The notes under the pieces were generated by a model. That model ran no database searches and had not been told where the DNA came from. It was given only the letters and a program-made list of their open reading frames with translations. From Blastocystis sp. Blastoise (Eukaryota; Protista; Bigyra: Opalinata): a DNA stretch of 64,000 nt. How positions within the stretch are numbered: the first letter of the stretch is position 1; the number at the start of each line of letters is the position of its first letter. A program made the position numbers and the translations under genes. This document shows, in pieces, positions 1 through 13,068 of this stretch. Location of the stretch: contig JBBPEB010000033.1 in assembly GCA_039096225.1 (NCBI GenBank), positions 1,054,001-1,118,000 of the forward strand. Direction: 5' to 3'.

Positions 1-820
1 TTTACTTTGGTGATACCTGTTGTTCTTATGAAATTAAATTATATAATTCTATTGAAAAATATTTCAATGAGTTTATTAAACAAGAAAAATGTGAATTGTA
101 TGATATATATATATGTTTATATATATGTTTATATATATATATGTTTATATAAGTTTATATATATGTTTATATATGTATACTTTTATAAATATATATATAT
201 ATATATATATGTTTATATAATTTAGAATAGATAACGATAGTAAAGAACAAAGATTATTAGTGAAAAGTATATATATAATATCAATATTAATAATGTATAT
301 ATATATATATATATATTTAGATCTATTTAACGAAGAAAATAATAAGAAATTTCTAGAATATTCTGGAGTGTTTGATATACTTGATATAAAAGATGTCACT
401 TTACAATGTATATATCTAAATTTTTACGTATATATATAAATATGTTAACTATATTTAGATGGTTTTTCTGAAGATATTCCTTATGAATATATATATCCCT
501 CCAATTTACATGCAATATTTCCTAGATTAGAAATATATACTTTAAAATGTATATATATAAGTTAAAATTATTTTTATATGACAATATAATATATATAATA
601 ATATATTATATATATCTAGTATATTATTATTGTACAAAAAAAGAGATTCGAATAAAACCAACTGATTCACATTATAATGAATTATTTGATGAATATAAAC
701 TGATTTATAATGGTTATAATGATTCTATTAATCATAATGATTATTATCAATATCAAAAAACAAGAATTAGTTCATGCGATTTAAATCGTTATTCGATTCG
801 TAAGGCTTCTTTAGATGGTG

Positions 821-861
<41 letters not shown>

Positions 862-1353
862 GAAAGTAATAAGGTCAATAAATCTATAATAATTGATAAA
901 CAAGAGTTAAATAAAAATAATGAAGCGAAACCTGATTTATATATAGACTCACTTTCTAGATATTCACGTGAATATAATCAAGAAAAGATGAATCTCTATA
1001 AAGGTTTTTATAGAAATAGTGAAACGACAATCAGTACATGTACATTTACATATATAGATGAAAATGGAGGTATATATAATGAACTATACTACACTATAAT
1101 AATAATATATATATATATTATCTATATATATGGTGATAAATAATAATTAATGTATATTCTATAGTAAGAGATATACAACATCCAATTATGGAGTATGCAT
1201 ATATTAATAATTAATAATAATCAAATAATGAAATCTATTTCTATTAATTTATATATATATATATATATAGTTGTTCTGAACAATTAAGTGAAATTACAGC
1301 ATATCTATTAAGATTACCTATTTGTAAACAATTAAAAAGACTAACAAACTTAC

Positions 1354-1397
<44 letters not shown>

Positions 1398-4300
1398 TAA
1401 TATATTTTATTATTATATTTTCTTATTATTTAGATTATTATAAATTCAAATTACAAGTTGCTACTCCTCCTTTTTTAAAAGCTTTAAATGAAGGTCTATT
1501 TGATTCTATTCAAATATTTAATATACTTGATTGTATATATGATTATTATTTATTTTCTTTTATATATTCATATATATTCTTTTTATTATATATATATTTT
1601 TTATTATATTTATTCATATATATTCTTTCTACATTTTATAATATTTCATATTTATAGTTATTAAACCATATTGTTTTCTTGAATATATACAATTATTTAA
1701 GGATATAATAACAACTCATGTATTTCCAAATGTAACTACACTAGAAATATCGGGTATATTTTTATATTTATATTCTCATTATATATATATACACTATTAT
1801 TATATTATAGATTCCAAATTTCATGAAAACATACAATTTCAATGCGAATTTCTATCATTATTTCATAGAGAACAATTTCCTAATTTACATATATATAATA
1901 TAAAACCTATTACTTCTATTCTATCAAAATATAATCAATACGAAATTTCTTTATTATTTCCTATATCTTTTTTAAATTTAATAAATATAATTGAAATTGG
2001 TTCTGTTGGGTTAAGCTTTGTAAAGTGCGAAGAAGATGTGATTCTATTCAATCAACTAATTGAACTTTCAAAAATTTATTCATCTATTATTAATAGTATG
2101 TTAATAAATATTATAAAAATATATATATTATATATTATACTATTAAAAATATATTTTATTTATATATATAGTAAGTTTATGTCTTGATGATTATAATTCA
2201 TCATGGAATCAATTTCTCAAATCTAATCTATTTATTAATAATCTTAAGTTAAATTGTATATATATATATATAATGATTATTATTTATATTATTATTTATA
2301 TAATAAAAATTATTATTATTCTATATATATATATATATATATTAGTTAAAAATATACAAAAGAATAAAGTTAAATATACTCCAATTGATTTAAGTCAGTG
2401 TACAATTAAAAAATTTTGGTTTGGTATATCTATATATATTTAATATTATTTAAAATATATGTATACATAGAAATGTATATTTGTTTTGATTATTTAATAA
2501 ATGATTATAAGAATTTCTTTTCAAATATGAATTCTAAACAATTAGAATATGTAAATCTTAAATGTATGTACTTATATATTATACTTTTTATAAATATTAA
2601 TATATATATATATAATTATTTAGTTTTATTGTTATACTTGTAACTATTTCTTTTTTATAATAATAATTATTATAGTTTTATATGATCACTACCAAAAACA
2701 ATATTTTTATATAAGTGATTATTTAAAAATGTTATCAACTATTAATTATTCTATGGTTAATACTCTAATTATTGGTATATACAATATATTATATATATAT
2801 GTTTAGTTGTATATAATATATATAGAAGATGAATATGATAGTAGACCTGTGTATGATAAAGATAGTGATAGTAATGATAGTAATGATAGTAGTGATAGTA
2901 GTGATAGTAGTGATAGTAGTGATAGTTGTGATAGTAGTGATAGTTGTGATAGTGATAATAGTAATGATAGTAGTGATAGTTGTGATAGTGATAATAGTAA
3001 TGATAATAGTGATAGTGATAATAGTAATGATAGTGATAATAGTAATGATAGTAATAATAGTGATAATAGTAATGATAATGATAATAGTAATAATAATAAT
3101 AATAGTGATAGTGATGATAGTGATGATAGTGATGATAGTGATAACAGTGATAATAAAGATGATAATAATGATAATGATAATGATGATATTAATAATGAAA
3201 ATCATAACAGTGATAATAATAATATTAAAGATGATATAAAAGATAACAATCAAGATGATAATAAAGATGGTAATGATGATAATAAAGTTGATGATAAAGA
3301 TATAGATAAAGATGATGATAATGATAATGATAAAGATAAAGATAATGATAATGATAATGATAATGATAATGATAATGATAAAGATAAAGATAATGATAAT
3401 GATAAAGATAAAGATGATAATAATGATAATATTAGAGATAATAATATTGATACTATTAAGCATGATATAAACGATAATAATAATACTATTAATAATAATA
3501 CTAAAAATACTATAACTAATAATAATACTATTAATACTACTACTAATAATACTAATAATAATAATAGTAATAATAGTAATAATAGTAATACTAATACTGA
3601 TACTAATACTAATAATAATAATAATAATAGGTATACTATTTATATTAAAAAGTTTAATAACAAATATAACAATATTATAGATTATTATAGGATAGTTAAA
3701 TGCTATAGTGATTTTAAAAATACTTCTAATCCGAATAATAATAAAATTACTTTAAAAGAAGAAAATAATAATTTTAAAACAAATTCAGCTATGTATAAAT
3801 ATATATCAAAATTTTCAAATCATTTAGTAAAATTAACTATAAAAAGTATACTATAAAAATACATATTTATTTAATGATATTCTTTTATTAATAACATTTT
3901 ATACTTTTTTTAGGTGAAAAAATTGATTGTGTTCTTATATTACAAACAACAATTACAATGAATTTCTGGACAAATATTGAAGAACTGTCTTTAAATTTTT
4001 GTATATAAATCTAATAAATTTATATATATATATATATAGATAAAAATCATAAAATGTGTGATATCTTTCAAACTCTTTTTGATCATTTTGAAAATAATTC
4101 TTTTTCAAAACTGAAAACATTAACAATAGAAAAAACGTGTATATATATTTATATATATTATTAGTTAATATGTTTGTTCTATACATATAGATTTTATGAT
4201 TATACATCTTATTCTATATTATAGGTTATAAAAATGAATTTCAAGAGATGATTTCTTCTATAGAGATTCTTAGAAACTATAAGCAAATTGACAAATCTTC

Positions 4301-5108
4301 TCTAGAACAATTTTCTTTTGAGTTATATTTTCCAAGTATTTAGAAGGTTTATTTTTTGCTACTATTCGCTATTATTTATTTTTCTTATTAATATTATTTA
4401 TTTTTCTTATTAATATTATTTATTTTTCTTATTGATAATATTTATTCTAATAATTACATTTTTTATTTTTTATTAAAAGAATTCAATATATGTATACTTA
4501 TAATCTATTTATTTTTAATATATATTCATCATTATAATATATTTATTTTTTTTAGCATTAAATATTAATATATTTTATTATTTAGCTCCAGATGGATTTA
4601 CTGATATTACATTAAATAATCTATTAGAAATATTTCCTCTGCTTTCTAATTATTTAAATAGACCGATTATTTCTATTTCTATGTGTCGTTATGCTATTTA
4701 TTATGATTATTCTAATGATTATTGTAATTATATATATAATGAGTTACAACAAGAATATTCAAAAAATATTTTATATCTCAAACTTTGTATATATATATAT
4801 ATATTATTATTATTTTTCTTAGTACTTTTTATAATAATAACTATATATATATATTTCTTTTTAGTTATTAGAGATTCTGCATTTTTAGATCAAATTCAAA
4901 ACTTATTTTTAAAGAATTCATTCCCTTATTTAATTGCAATATATAATTATACTAGTATTCTATTATATATAAATAATATATATATATATTAATACTTATT
5001 TATATAGTTGATGTAAATATTACTTCTTTTAATGAAAAACTGAAGGAATCTATGATTCAATATAATCACCCATTAACAATTTATAAAACAAACATACAAA
5101 GACTTTAA
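1..5108 (+). CDS. BTB/POZ-like + LRR-like family protein, copy A (5'-partial; 20 introns in window; D/S/N-rich insert)
   Basis: Hand-spliced through 20 GT-AG introns with an open frame to TAA 5106-5108. Shares the motifs IPYEYIYPSNLHAIFPRL, TPPF...GLFDS, TTHVFPNVTTL and FPNLHIY with copies B-D. The start lies upstream of the window. Confidence 0.8.
2830..3630 (+). repeat. Coding low-complexity (GAT/AGT/AAT)n tract encoding D/S/N/K/T-rich sequence in copy A
   Basis: ORF 2807..3856 reads DSSDSSDSCD...DNDNDKDKD...NNT, in frame between flanking LRR-like exons. Confidence 0.9.
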
Positions 5109-6003
5109 TATTTTTATTCTATATATATATATGTATATAAAATATTGTTCATATATAAATTATATTCTCTTTTTTTATTGTACTTATATATTATTTTTTT
5201 AAACATTTGATAGAATTATGTTTTTATTTTTTAATTAAAAAATGTTATATGAAACTATTTAACGATAATCAAAAATAAACAATGAATTCTATTCTTTTAT
5301 GGCATCTATATGAAAAACAATAATAGTATCAGATGATTTGTATCAGTATTGAGTGTTTCTTTTGATACCAAATAATAATATATATTTATATATTGTTATT
5401 ATTAAATCAGTTTTAACATAATACATTTATTATAAATTTTTATTATAAGTTATACCTAAAAATGTAAAATTAAATCATAATACATACCAAAATAAAATGT
5501 AAATAGAGTCTAAATATATGTATTTGTTCATTAATATAATTGTTTTCATAATAATACTTTACATATAATGTATTTTTTAACAAAATTAAGTTGTTTTTTA
5601 AATTTGTTTAATAAAAAGAATAGAAAATTAAAACAATTACATTAACAACTAATTATATATATACAAGAATAGAATATATTCTAATAATAATCAAAATTTA
5701 CATATATATATACTAATAGAAATAATAGAATATATAAGTATATGAATACAATATTTTAAATTACATTATTAAAAAAAAAATGGAAATATATATATCAACA
5801 TAGAACAAAAACTTGATGATATATACAAGTTAAAGTAAAAACAATGAATAATATAAAAACTTATAAATTAAATATATAGTATTTAAAAAAATAATTTTTT
5901 AATATAAAAACTAATAAATAATACATAGATCATTAAAACCGACACAAAAAAAAAACATAAAAAAAAAAACCAAAATATTTTTAATAAATAAAATAAAATA
6001 CTA

Positions 6004-8060
6004 TTATTGTCTCCAGAATCCATCAACTATTTGTTTAGAATTTTTACAATCAACATAGGAAATACAGGTTGTTTTTCCTACTTCTAAAAACATACTTTTC
6101 CCTCCATACCCAACTGTAAATTTAAGTTCAACTATATATCTATTCCAATTACTACCATAAGTACCTATATGTATAGGACTATATAAGGATTCATATAAAT
6201 TAGCTAAGGAAATAAGTGTAATATATGGTATTTCTTTTAATGTATCCATATATTGATTATTTCTATTTGGATTATTATAAGAAATCATGGATACTGCATT
6301 TTTACTGTAAATTGATAAATCTTGAATAGATTTATTCTCATCTGCATTTATAAAAACTGTCATTTTTTCTTTATTAAAATATTTACGAAGTATAATAACA
6401 GGATCATAATAATATGAATTATCAACTAAAGGCATCTCTAAAAATTTATCACCATGTCTTATATGTATATCAGCATCATAAGAGTCTTGACAATGAGGAC
6501 AATTTTCTTTTCTATAATTCTTAATCCATTCTATTGTTCTTGGATTCATTCTTGTTAAGAAAGTAATTGCTTGTATTCTCCAATATATCACACATTCTTC
6601 TTTTATTAAACCATTTATATCACAGAATTCTTGTACAAATTTAGGAACAGTTTTAGGTCTACTTAAGAAAGGAGTTGAATGTGTTTTTGCATATACATAT
6701 TGATCATTCTCACTTTCTCTTTGCATTTTCTCATAACGATTATAAGATCTAAAATCAGGAATACGTTTATCTAAATCATTTAAAGATAATATAGATTTAC
6801 CATCAAATGTAATATTAGTAATTGGAGAAAAATAGCAATTATAAGTTTTTTCTGTACAGAAATCTTTATCAATCCAATTAGGAATTCCATTATCTACATA
6901 CATAAGAATTCTATTTTGATTAATAGCTACTGCTAACATACATGTAAATACATGCATTAAAGATCCAAAACCAGAAGTCCATCGACCTGCAAATAAATAA
7001 CGAATATTATAATTATTATTCATATCTCCATTTAAAGAACGAAATTGATGTTTCCATATCCTATGTTGTATATAATAAGTACCATAAATAGGATGATAAT
7101 CTTGTTTATTTGATTTAAACCAATAATAACTGTCATCAGGAAATGATGTATATTGACTATTTATAGATTCAAAATCTTTATTAAATGACATATGAAAGAA
7201 TGTAGATCGATATATATATTGAAGATATTCACTTTGTAAAGGATAATAATAATCTAATATAGAAATTATTTGTTTTGTATTATAATTAGCAACAAGTCTC
7301 CAAAATATACCAACTTTATCACGATGCTTATTTAAATTATTCACTAAATTATTATATATTTGTGGATATTCAATAGGAAGAGTAGGAGAAGGTGTAGGAG
7401 GAATAGTAGGAGGAATAGTAGGAGAAGGTGTAGGAGGAATAGTAGGAGGAATAGTAGGAGGAATAGTAGGAGGAATAGTAGGAGGAATAGTAGGAGAAGG
7501 TGTAGGAGGAATAGTAGGAGGAATAGTAGGAGAAGGTGTAGGAGGAATAGTAGGAGGAATAGTAGGAAGAATAGTAGGAGGAATAGTAGGAGGAATAGTA
7601 TGTTGATTAGTAGGAGTCATAGTGGGTGGCACAGTAGGACTAAGATTTGGAATCATTGATTTCTTGTCATCAACTAAATTATTCTGCGACAGAGAGGATC
7701 TAAAATGACAAAAATATATGTATACTATTTTAGATTGAAAAAAAATGTAAAATAAAAAGATAATATTGTTAAAAACAATCAAGTGAGAATCAAAGAAATA
7801 AAAAATATATACGTATTGCTTGCTTTGCTACCAATAACAGAAGATACAAGGATATGTGATTGAATAATTCTGTAATTCTGTGGATTATTTTCAATAATAA
7901 TGAATTTAGATTCAGTAGAATTCTACAAAAAAATGAGGATAGAATCCGTATGAAAATATAAATAGTGAAGAATACATACTTCATAGCGAGAATTACTAAA
8001 TACTAAAATAAACGACATTAAACATATGAATAAAAGTAAACATATATATTCTAGTTTCAT
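6004..8060 (-). CDS. GT23 / alpha-1,6-fucosyltransferase (FUT8-like), type II membrane protein with Pro/Thr stem
   Basis: The ATG at 8060 gives the signal anchor MKLEYICLLLFICLMSFILVFS. Two introns (~7979-7923 and 7812-7700) join it to ORF 6004..7782. Fucosyltransferase motifs SGFGSLMH, IHIRHGDK and IGTYGSNWNRYIVEL are present. Confidence 0.8.
7378..7640 (-). repeat. 12-nt coding tandem repeat encoding (PPTI/PSPT)n mucin-like stem
   Basis: Repeated aggaggaatagt / aggagaaggtgt units on the + strand. Confidence 0.9.
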
Positions 8061-9493
8061 CGCAATGTAAGGTCCTATACAAAGGATAAAAGTTTAGAAA
8101 AAAAGTATTAATTAGAATTATGATTTACAAAAAAGTGATTTATTCTAGTAATAAATATAGAGAATGCTGAATATCATGTGTATATATAGGGAAATCTACA
8201 TACAAGTAAAATTAAATATTATATGACGAACAATAAAAAAATTTGATAAAAATATGTTTTAGGAAAACCAATTACTAAAACGTAAAATAACTTTTGAAGG
8301 GATTCATAGTGAATATTCAGGATTTTCTTGTTTTTTAAAAATTATTCTTTAACTTTAAGTAACTAAGAGATTATTCGTTATCAAAGACGATCTATATTTT
8401 CGTCGATACTCCACAAGTATATAGTTGTCAAAAGGAAAAATATTATGCACGATAAGAATAGTATTTGTAATATGTTAACTATTTTTGAATGAATATGTTT
8501 CTCATCTTCTATCATTGAACAATAAAATATGAAATGAAATGAAATATTGAAAAAATTTAGGATGCTGAAGTAATTAATTTCTTTCTGACATGTCTTCCAG
8601 TCAGTGAAATTGTTGCTAGTGCTTATTTAAGCAGCCTGTTCCAATAGCAAAACATCAGAATAGAATAATTAATTCATATCTATGAAATTCAATAAGTAAA
8701 CATTAAATATATTTAATAAATATAGTATATTGTTTATAAATGAGTGAATTATGTTGTTTTTGATATCTCGTGATGATACATTAATAGAATTATTCTAAAT
8801 AAGTTATTTAAATTATCTTTAGGTCATTTATCGAAGTGATATTTTTTTTAATAATTATTTCTTTCCTTTTCTAATTAATCTATTATTAATCTAATGATAT
8901 ATTTGAAAGATGAAAGTGTTTTTATATAGAGGAGATATATTATATTATTCTTTTGTATTTTAATAACATATTTTTATGTATCATAGTGTTAAAAGTATAT
9001 ATATATATATATATATAATCATTATCAATTTCAACTTTGTAAAATAATTTAAGAACAACAAAAGATTAGCATAACAACGGAAATATACTTATATATATAT
9101 TAAAGAAATGAATATAAATAGAAAGAATACTGCTCTTCTATGTTTACTATTATTAATGAATAATAATAAAAAAAGATATATATCTTAAATATACAGAGAA
9201 ATATTATTTATATTTATTAAAAAAAAAATCAATTATATATATAAATATTATGATATAAAAATAAAATTATAGATAATATAAAAGAATTATAAACATATAT
9301 ATATATTCATAAAATATTATTAAATATGAATAACAAGAAAAAAAAACATTTACTGAAAAAAAAAAAGGAAATATACATAAAAAATATAAAATAGCTAATA
9401 AACCAAAAATGTAAATAAATAAATAATTAAAAAATAGATAATAAATAAATAAATAAATAATTAAAAAATAGATAATAAATAAATAAATAAATC

Positions 9494-11458
9494 TTAGCAT
9501 CTTCCCCATACTTCATATTCATCAATAATAAAAGTATTTGATGTATATTCATTTTTAGTATTCACAAATAAAGCATTACGTTGAGAAGTATTGACTTCTT
9601 TATATGATTTCGCTTCACAAGAAGAAGAATAATATTCATCGCAATGATCTCCTATCATAATATCACTGCTAAAACAAGGACCATAAGAAACATCACAATA
9701 TATACCTTTATTCTTATTTCTAGCACCATAACCATAACGAGTAGGAGGAATATTATGCTCATTACTTAATGTAAATAGAAACTCTTTAGAATGAGGCTTA
9801 AAACCTATATTTATATATATATATTCATTTTTTTTAAATATCAAAATAGTTAATATATAAATAGAAAAAATATATAAAATAACGAAATATATATATATAT
9901 AAAATAAAAAAAGTAAATATAAATAAATACCACCAGATTTATCCCAATCTTGATCTGTATATCCTCCAAATATATTAAATTGTCCATTATGACCTCTCTG
10001 TTTTATTATAGTTACTGTTTCTCCCATATCATCGCAACATCTATGAAAAGCTTTTGAAGCAAAATGATAATTTTTACCATTATATAATAATATTATTAAT
10101 GTTTATAATAAATATAATAAATATAATATATATAATAAATATAATAAATATAATATATATAATATATATAATAAATATAATAAATATAATAAATATAATA
10201 AATATAATAAATATGATAAATATAATAAATATAATAAATATAATAAATATAATAAATATAATAAATATAATAAATATAATAAATATAATAAATATAATAA
10301 ATATAATAAATATAATATATATAATAAATATAATAAATATAATAAATATAATAATAAATACTTATATATAATTTTCCATTGTTTATCTGTACCAAGCCAT
10401 TTAAGTAAGGCAGTTTCATACGATTTACGAGTTAAAACAGTTGATCGATGAAAACATTGAAATGGTGTTATAGCATCAGTAGCTATTTCTTTACCTTTTT
10501 CACCAAATATACTTTGAAATTCATTTATAAAAATATCTTTATTAATAGAATTTATTTGTTTTTCTTCAAGTTCAAGATAACCATCATAAATATATTTATT
10601 TATATAATTCTCATATTTATAGTCAACACTAATATAATCATTACGTCGACTACAGGAAACTACCATAGAACCAATTACAGTTTTAGAAGGAATATACTTA
10701 TATATATAACCATCATCATAATTCATTATATATTTTTCCCATAAATTATGTTCTTTTAAATAATCACTTATAGAATCATCACATGAACCATTTACTTCTA
10801 AATCTACTTTATCACCTTTTTTATATTGTTTCATATGATTATCTCTTCTTTCTCTACATTCTATTAATTCTACAGGAAGAGATAAATTACAAAATTCAAT
10901 TAAATCTATAAATTCTAATTTTTCATCAAATGAATATTTCGAAAAATTTATTTCTTTTCCATTTAAATAATCCATAAAACAATAAATAAAAGCATCATTA
11001 CCATCATAACCTAGAAATATTGTTCCATCATTTGTTCTTAATTCACTTAAAGATTGCTCGTAGATATATGAATAAGGAATAGATTCAATTAATTGTTTTG
11101 AAATTTGAAATATAGGACCATTATTAGTAAAACGTATAAAATCGATATCCTGATTGTTGATATCATTGACATTTGATTCATTCATAATATTCATTTCACT
11201 TTCATTGAATGCTTCGATTTTCTTTTCCATTAAAGGAGAAGATAAATCCAATTGTGAACCCATACATGGTTTCACAGTAATATTAATATCGCCTTTATTA
11301 TTAATACTAGAAGCTAATTTTCCTAAAAGATCACCAAGCTTTAATAACGAGGATAAAGAACTCATCAATTGTGTTGTTAGTTCTCCATAAACTTGAATAC
11401 ATTCCTTCAACTGGCTTGCTTCACCACTTGAACTTAACACACTTTCTTGTACAACCAT
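9494..11458 (-). CDS. BTB/POZ-like + TLDc domain protein (2 introns)
   Basis: KCTD-type BTB-like segment IRFTNNGPIFQISKQLIE...RTNDGTIFL...FMDYLNG. TLDc motifs WLG...WKIIY, FHRCCD, IFGGYT, EFLFTL, YGPCF and EYEVW. Introns are 10361-~10080 (no AG) and 9930-9805. Confidence 0.8.
10082..10360 (-). repeat. Intronic 9-mer minisatellite (TATATTTAT)n
   Basis: Tandem ataataaat units on the + strand fill most of TLDc intron 1. Confidence 0.9.
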
Positions 11459-12959
11459 AAGCAGATAAAAGGAGAAAAATAAAGATAATAAAAAAATATT
11501 TATTACCCTGCTTATTTTGCTTTTTCACTATTTTTTTTAATTCCTTAATTATTCCCTTATTTTGCATTTTAAAGTGTAGCTACTTTTTTAATTGATTACT
11601 AATTATTGTTTCTCACAAAAATACTCTCTATGTTTCTTAGAATAAAGTGTTCATTGTAGATCAGTATATTAATAATTAATATAAATAGAAGATTGTGATT
11701 TGATTATAGATGTAAAATACTCTAACAATAAAATAGTATTCTTATTTATGTCATAAAACTTGATTGATTGAAAGCTTTGTTTGTAATTCTCTTATTTTAC
11801 ATATATTTGTTTTTATTTATATTTATACAGAATTCATATATTTATATTTTATAATTATTTTTTTCTAGAATTCTATTATTATGTTTTTCTTGTAATCATT
11901 CCCTTTTTATAACTATATTATGAATTATTTTGAATTTATATATATCTGCTCATCGAAAAGAATCTTCTCTATAGTCTTTAGATGCAGTTATTCCTCCTCT
12001 TTCATGTAATTTCTATCTTCTATTTATTGTTACTCTTCCATTCCTATTTCATAGTATTTTATTCTCTATTTTGAATACAATAATGAATTAGGATATCTTA
12101 TTCAATTATTATTATTATGATTCATAATATATTATCTATATATATATATAACAACTGATTTTGATAGTATATTCAAGAAGATATTCATGTTAATATATAT
12201 GGTGTATATATATTGTTAAACTATTCATAAATATAATATATAAATAATTTCAAGTATTTTTATTTTTGATATATTTATATATTAAAAGTTATTGATTATT
12301 ATATTATATAATAAGAATACAGTCATTATCAATTTAAAAATAATATTTATTTCTTTATTTGATAACAAATAATTATAGTTAACTCTTATAATTCATTTAT
12401 TGAAAATATTTTTATTTGTATTTTTATTTTTATACATATAAACAATATATTCTTCAACGGTATATGTTCAAACAGAAAAATAGAATTCAATAATACTATA
12501 GAAAACATATAGACTATAATTAACTAATGAAATTTAGTGAAAGTGTCTTTTTTAAACAGTAAACAAATTTAATATTATTGTAATTAGAATAGCTTTTCAA
12601 ATAATTTTAGAGTATTATATTACGTCACTTTCAGTACATAAAATAATAGGTATCAAGAATGATCATGAAATATTCCTCTTCTTATATATAATAACCACTA
12701 TTATAAAATATAAAATAGCTACTAGTTCAGTATACTTTTGTAATAAATAAAATTCTATGGAAATAATTGTAATTTTTCACTAATTCTAATTACAATATAC
12801 CTATTTTCATGGCAACGATAAATAAGTTCTTCATAGTGATTCTTATTTAATACTTGTAATCATAATTCACATTATTTTAAATCATTATTTCTTTCAATAT
12901 CTTCAAATGAAACAATGTTTTTTATTTATATAAATAATTAATAGAAATAATTTGAAAAA

Positions 12960-13068
12960 GAAATATATATAAAAAAATGATAATTGAATATAATCAAATA
13001 AAAAAATTAGAAATATATTAAAAAAATGATAATTGAATATAATGAAATAAAAAAATTAGAAATATATT
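12960..13068. repeat. ~49-nt direct tandem duplication just downstream of copy B
   Basis: aaaaaatgataattgaatataat(c/g)aaataaaaaaattagaaatatatta occurs twice. Confidence 0.85.

Noticed and set aside
2789-3463. Poly-Ile/Tyr/Leu/Arg ORFs in the track (also 7360, 10054, 20822, 26915, 26979, 53959 and others)
   Set aside because: They are off-frame or antisense readings of triplet repeats and microsatellite introns.
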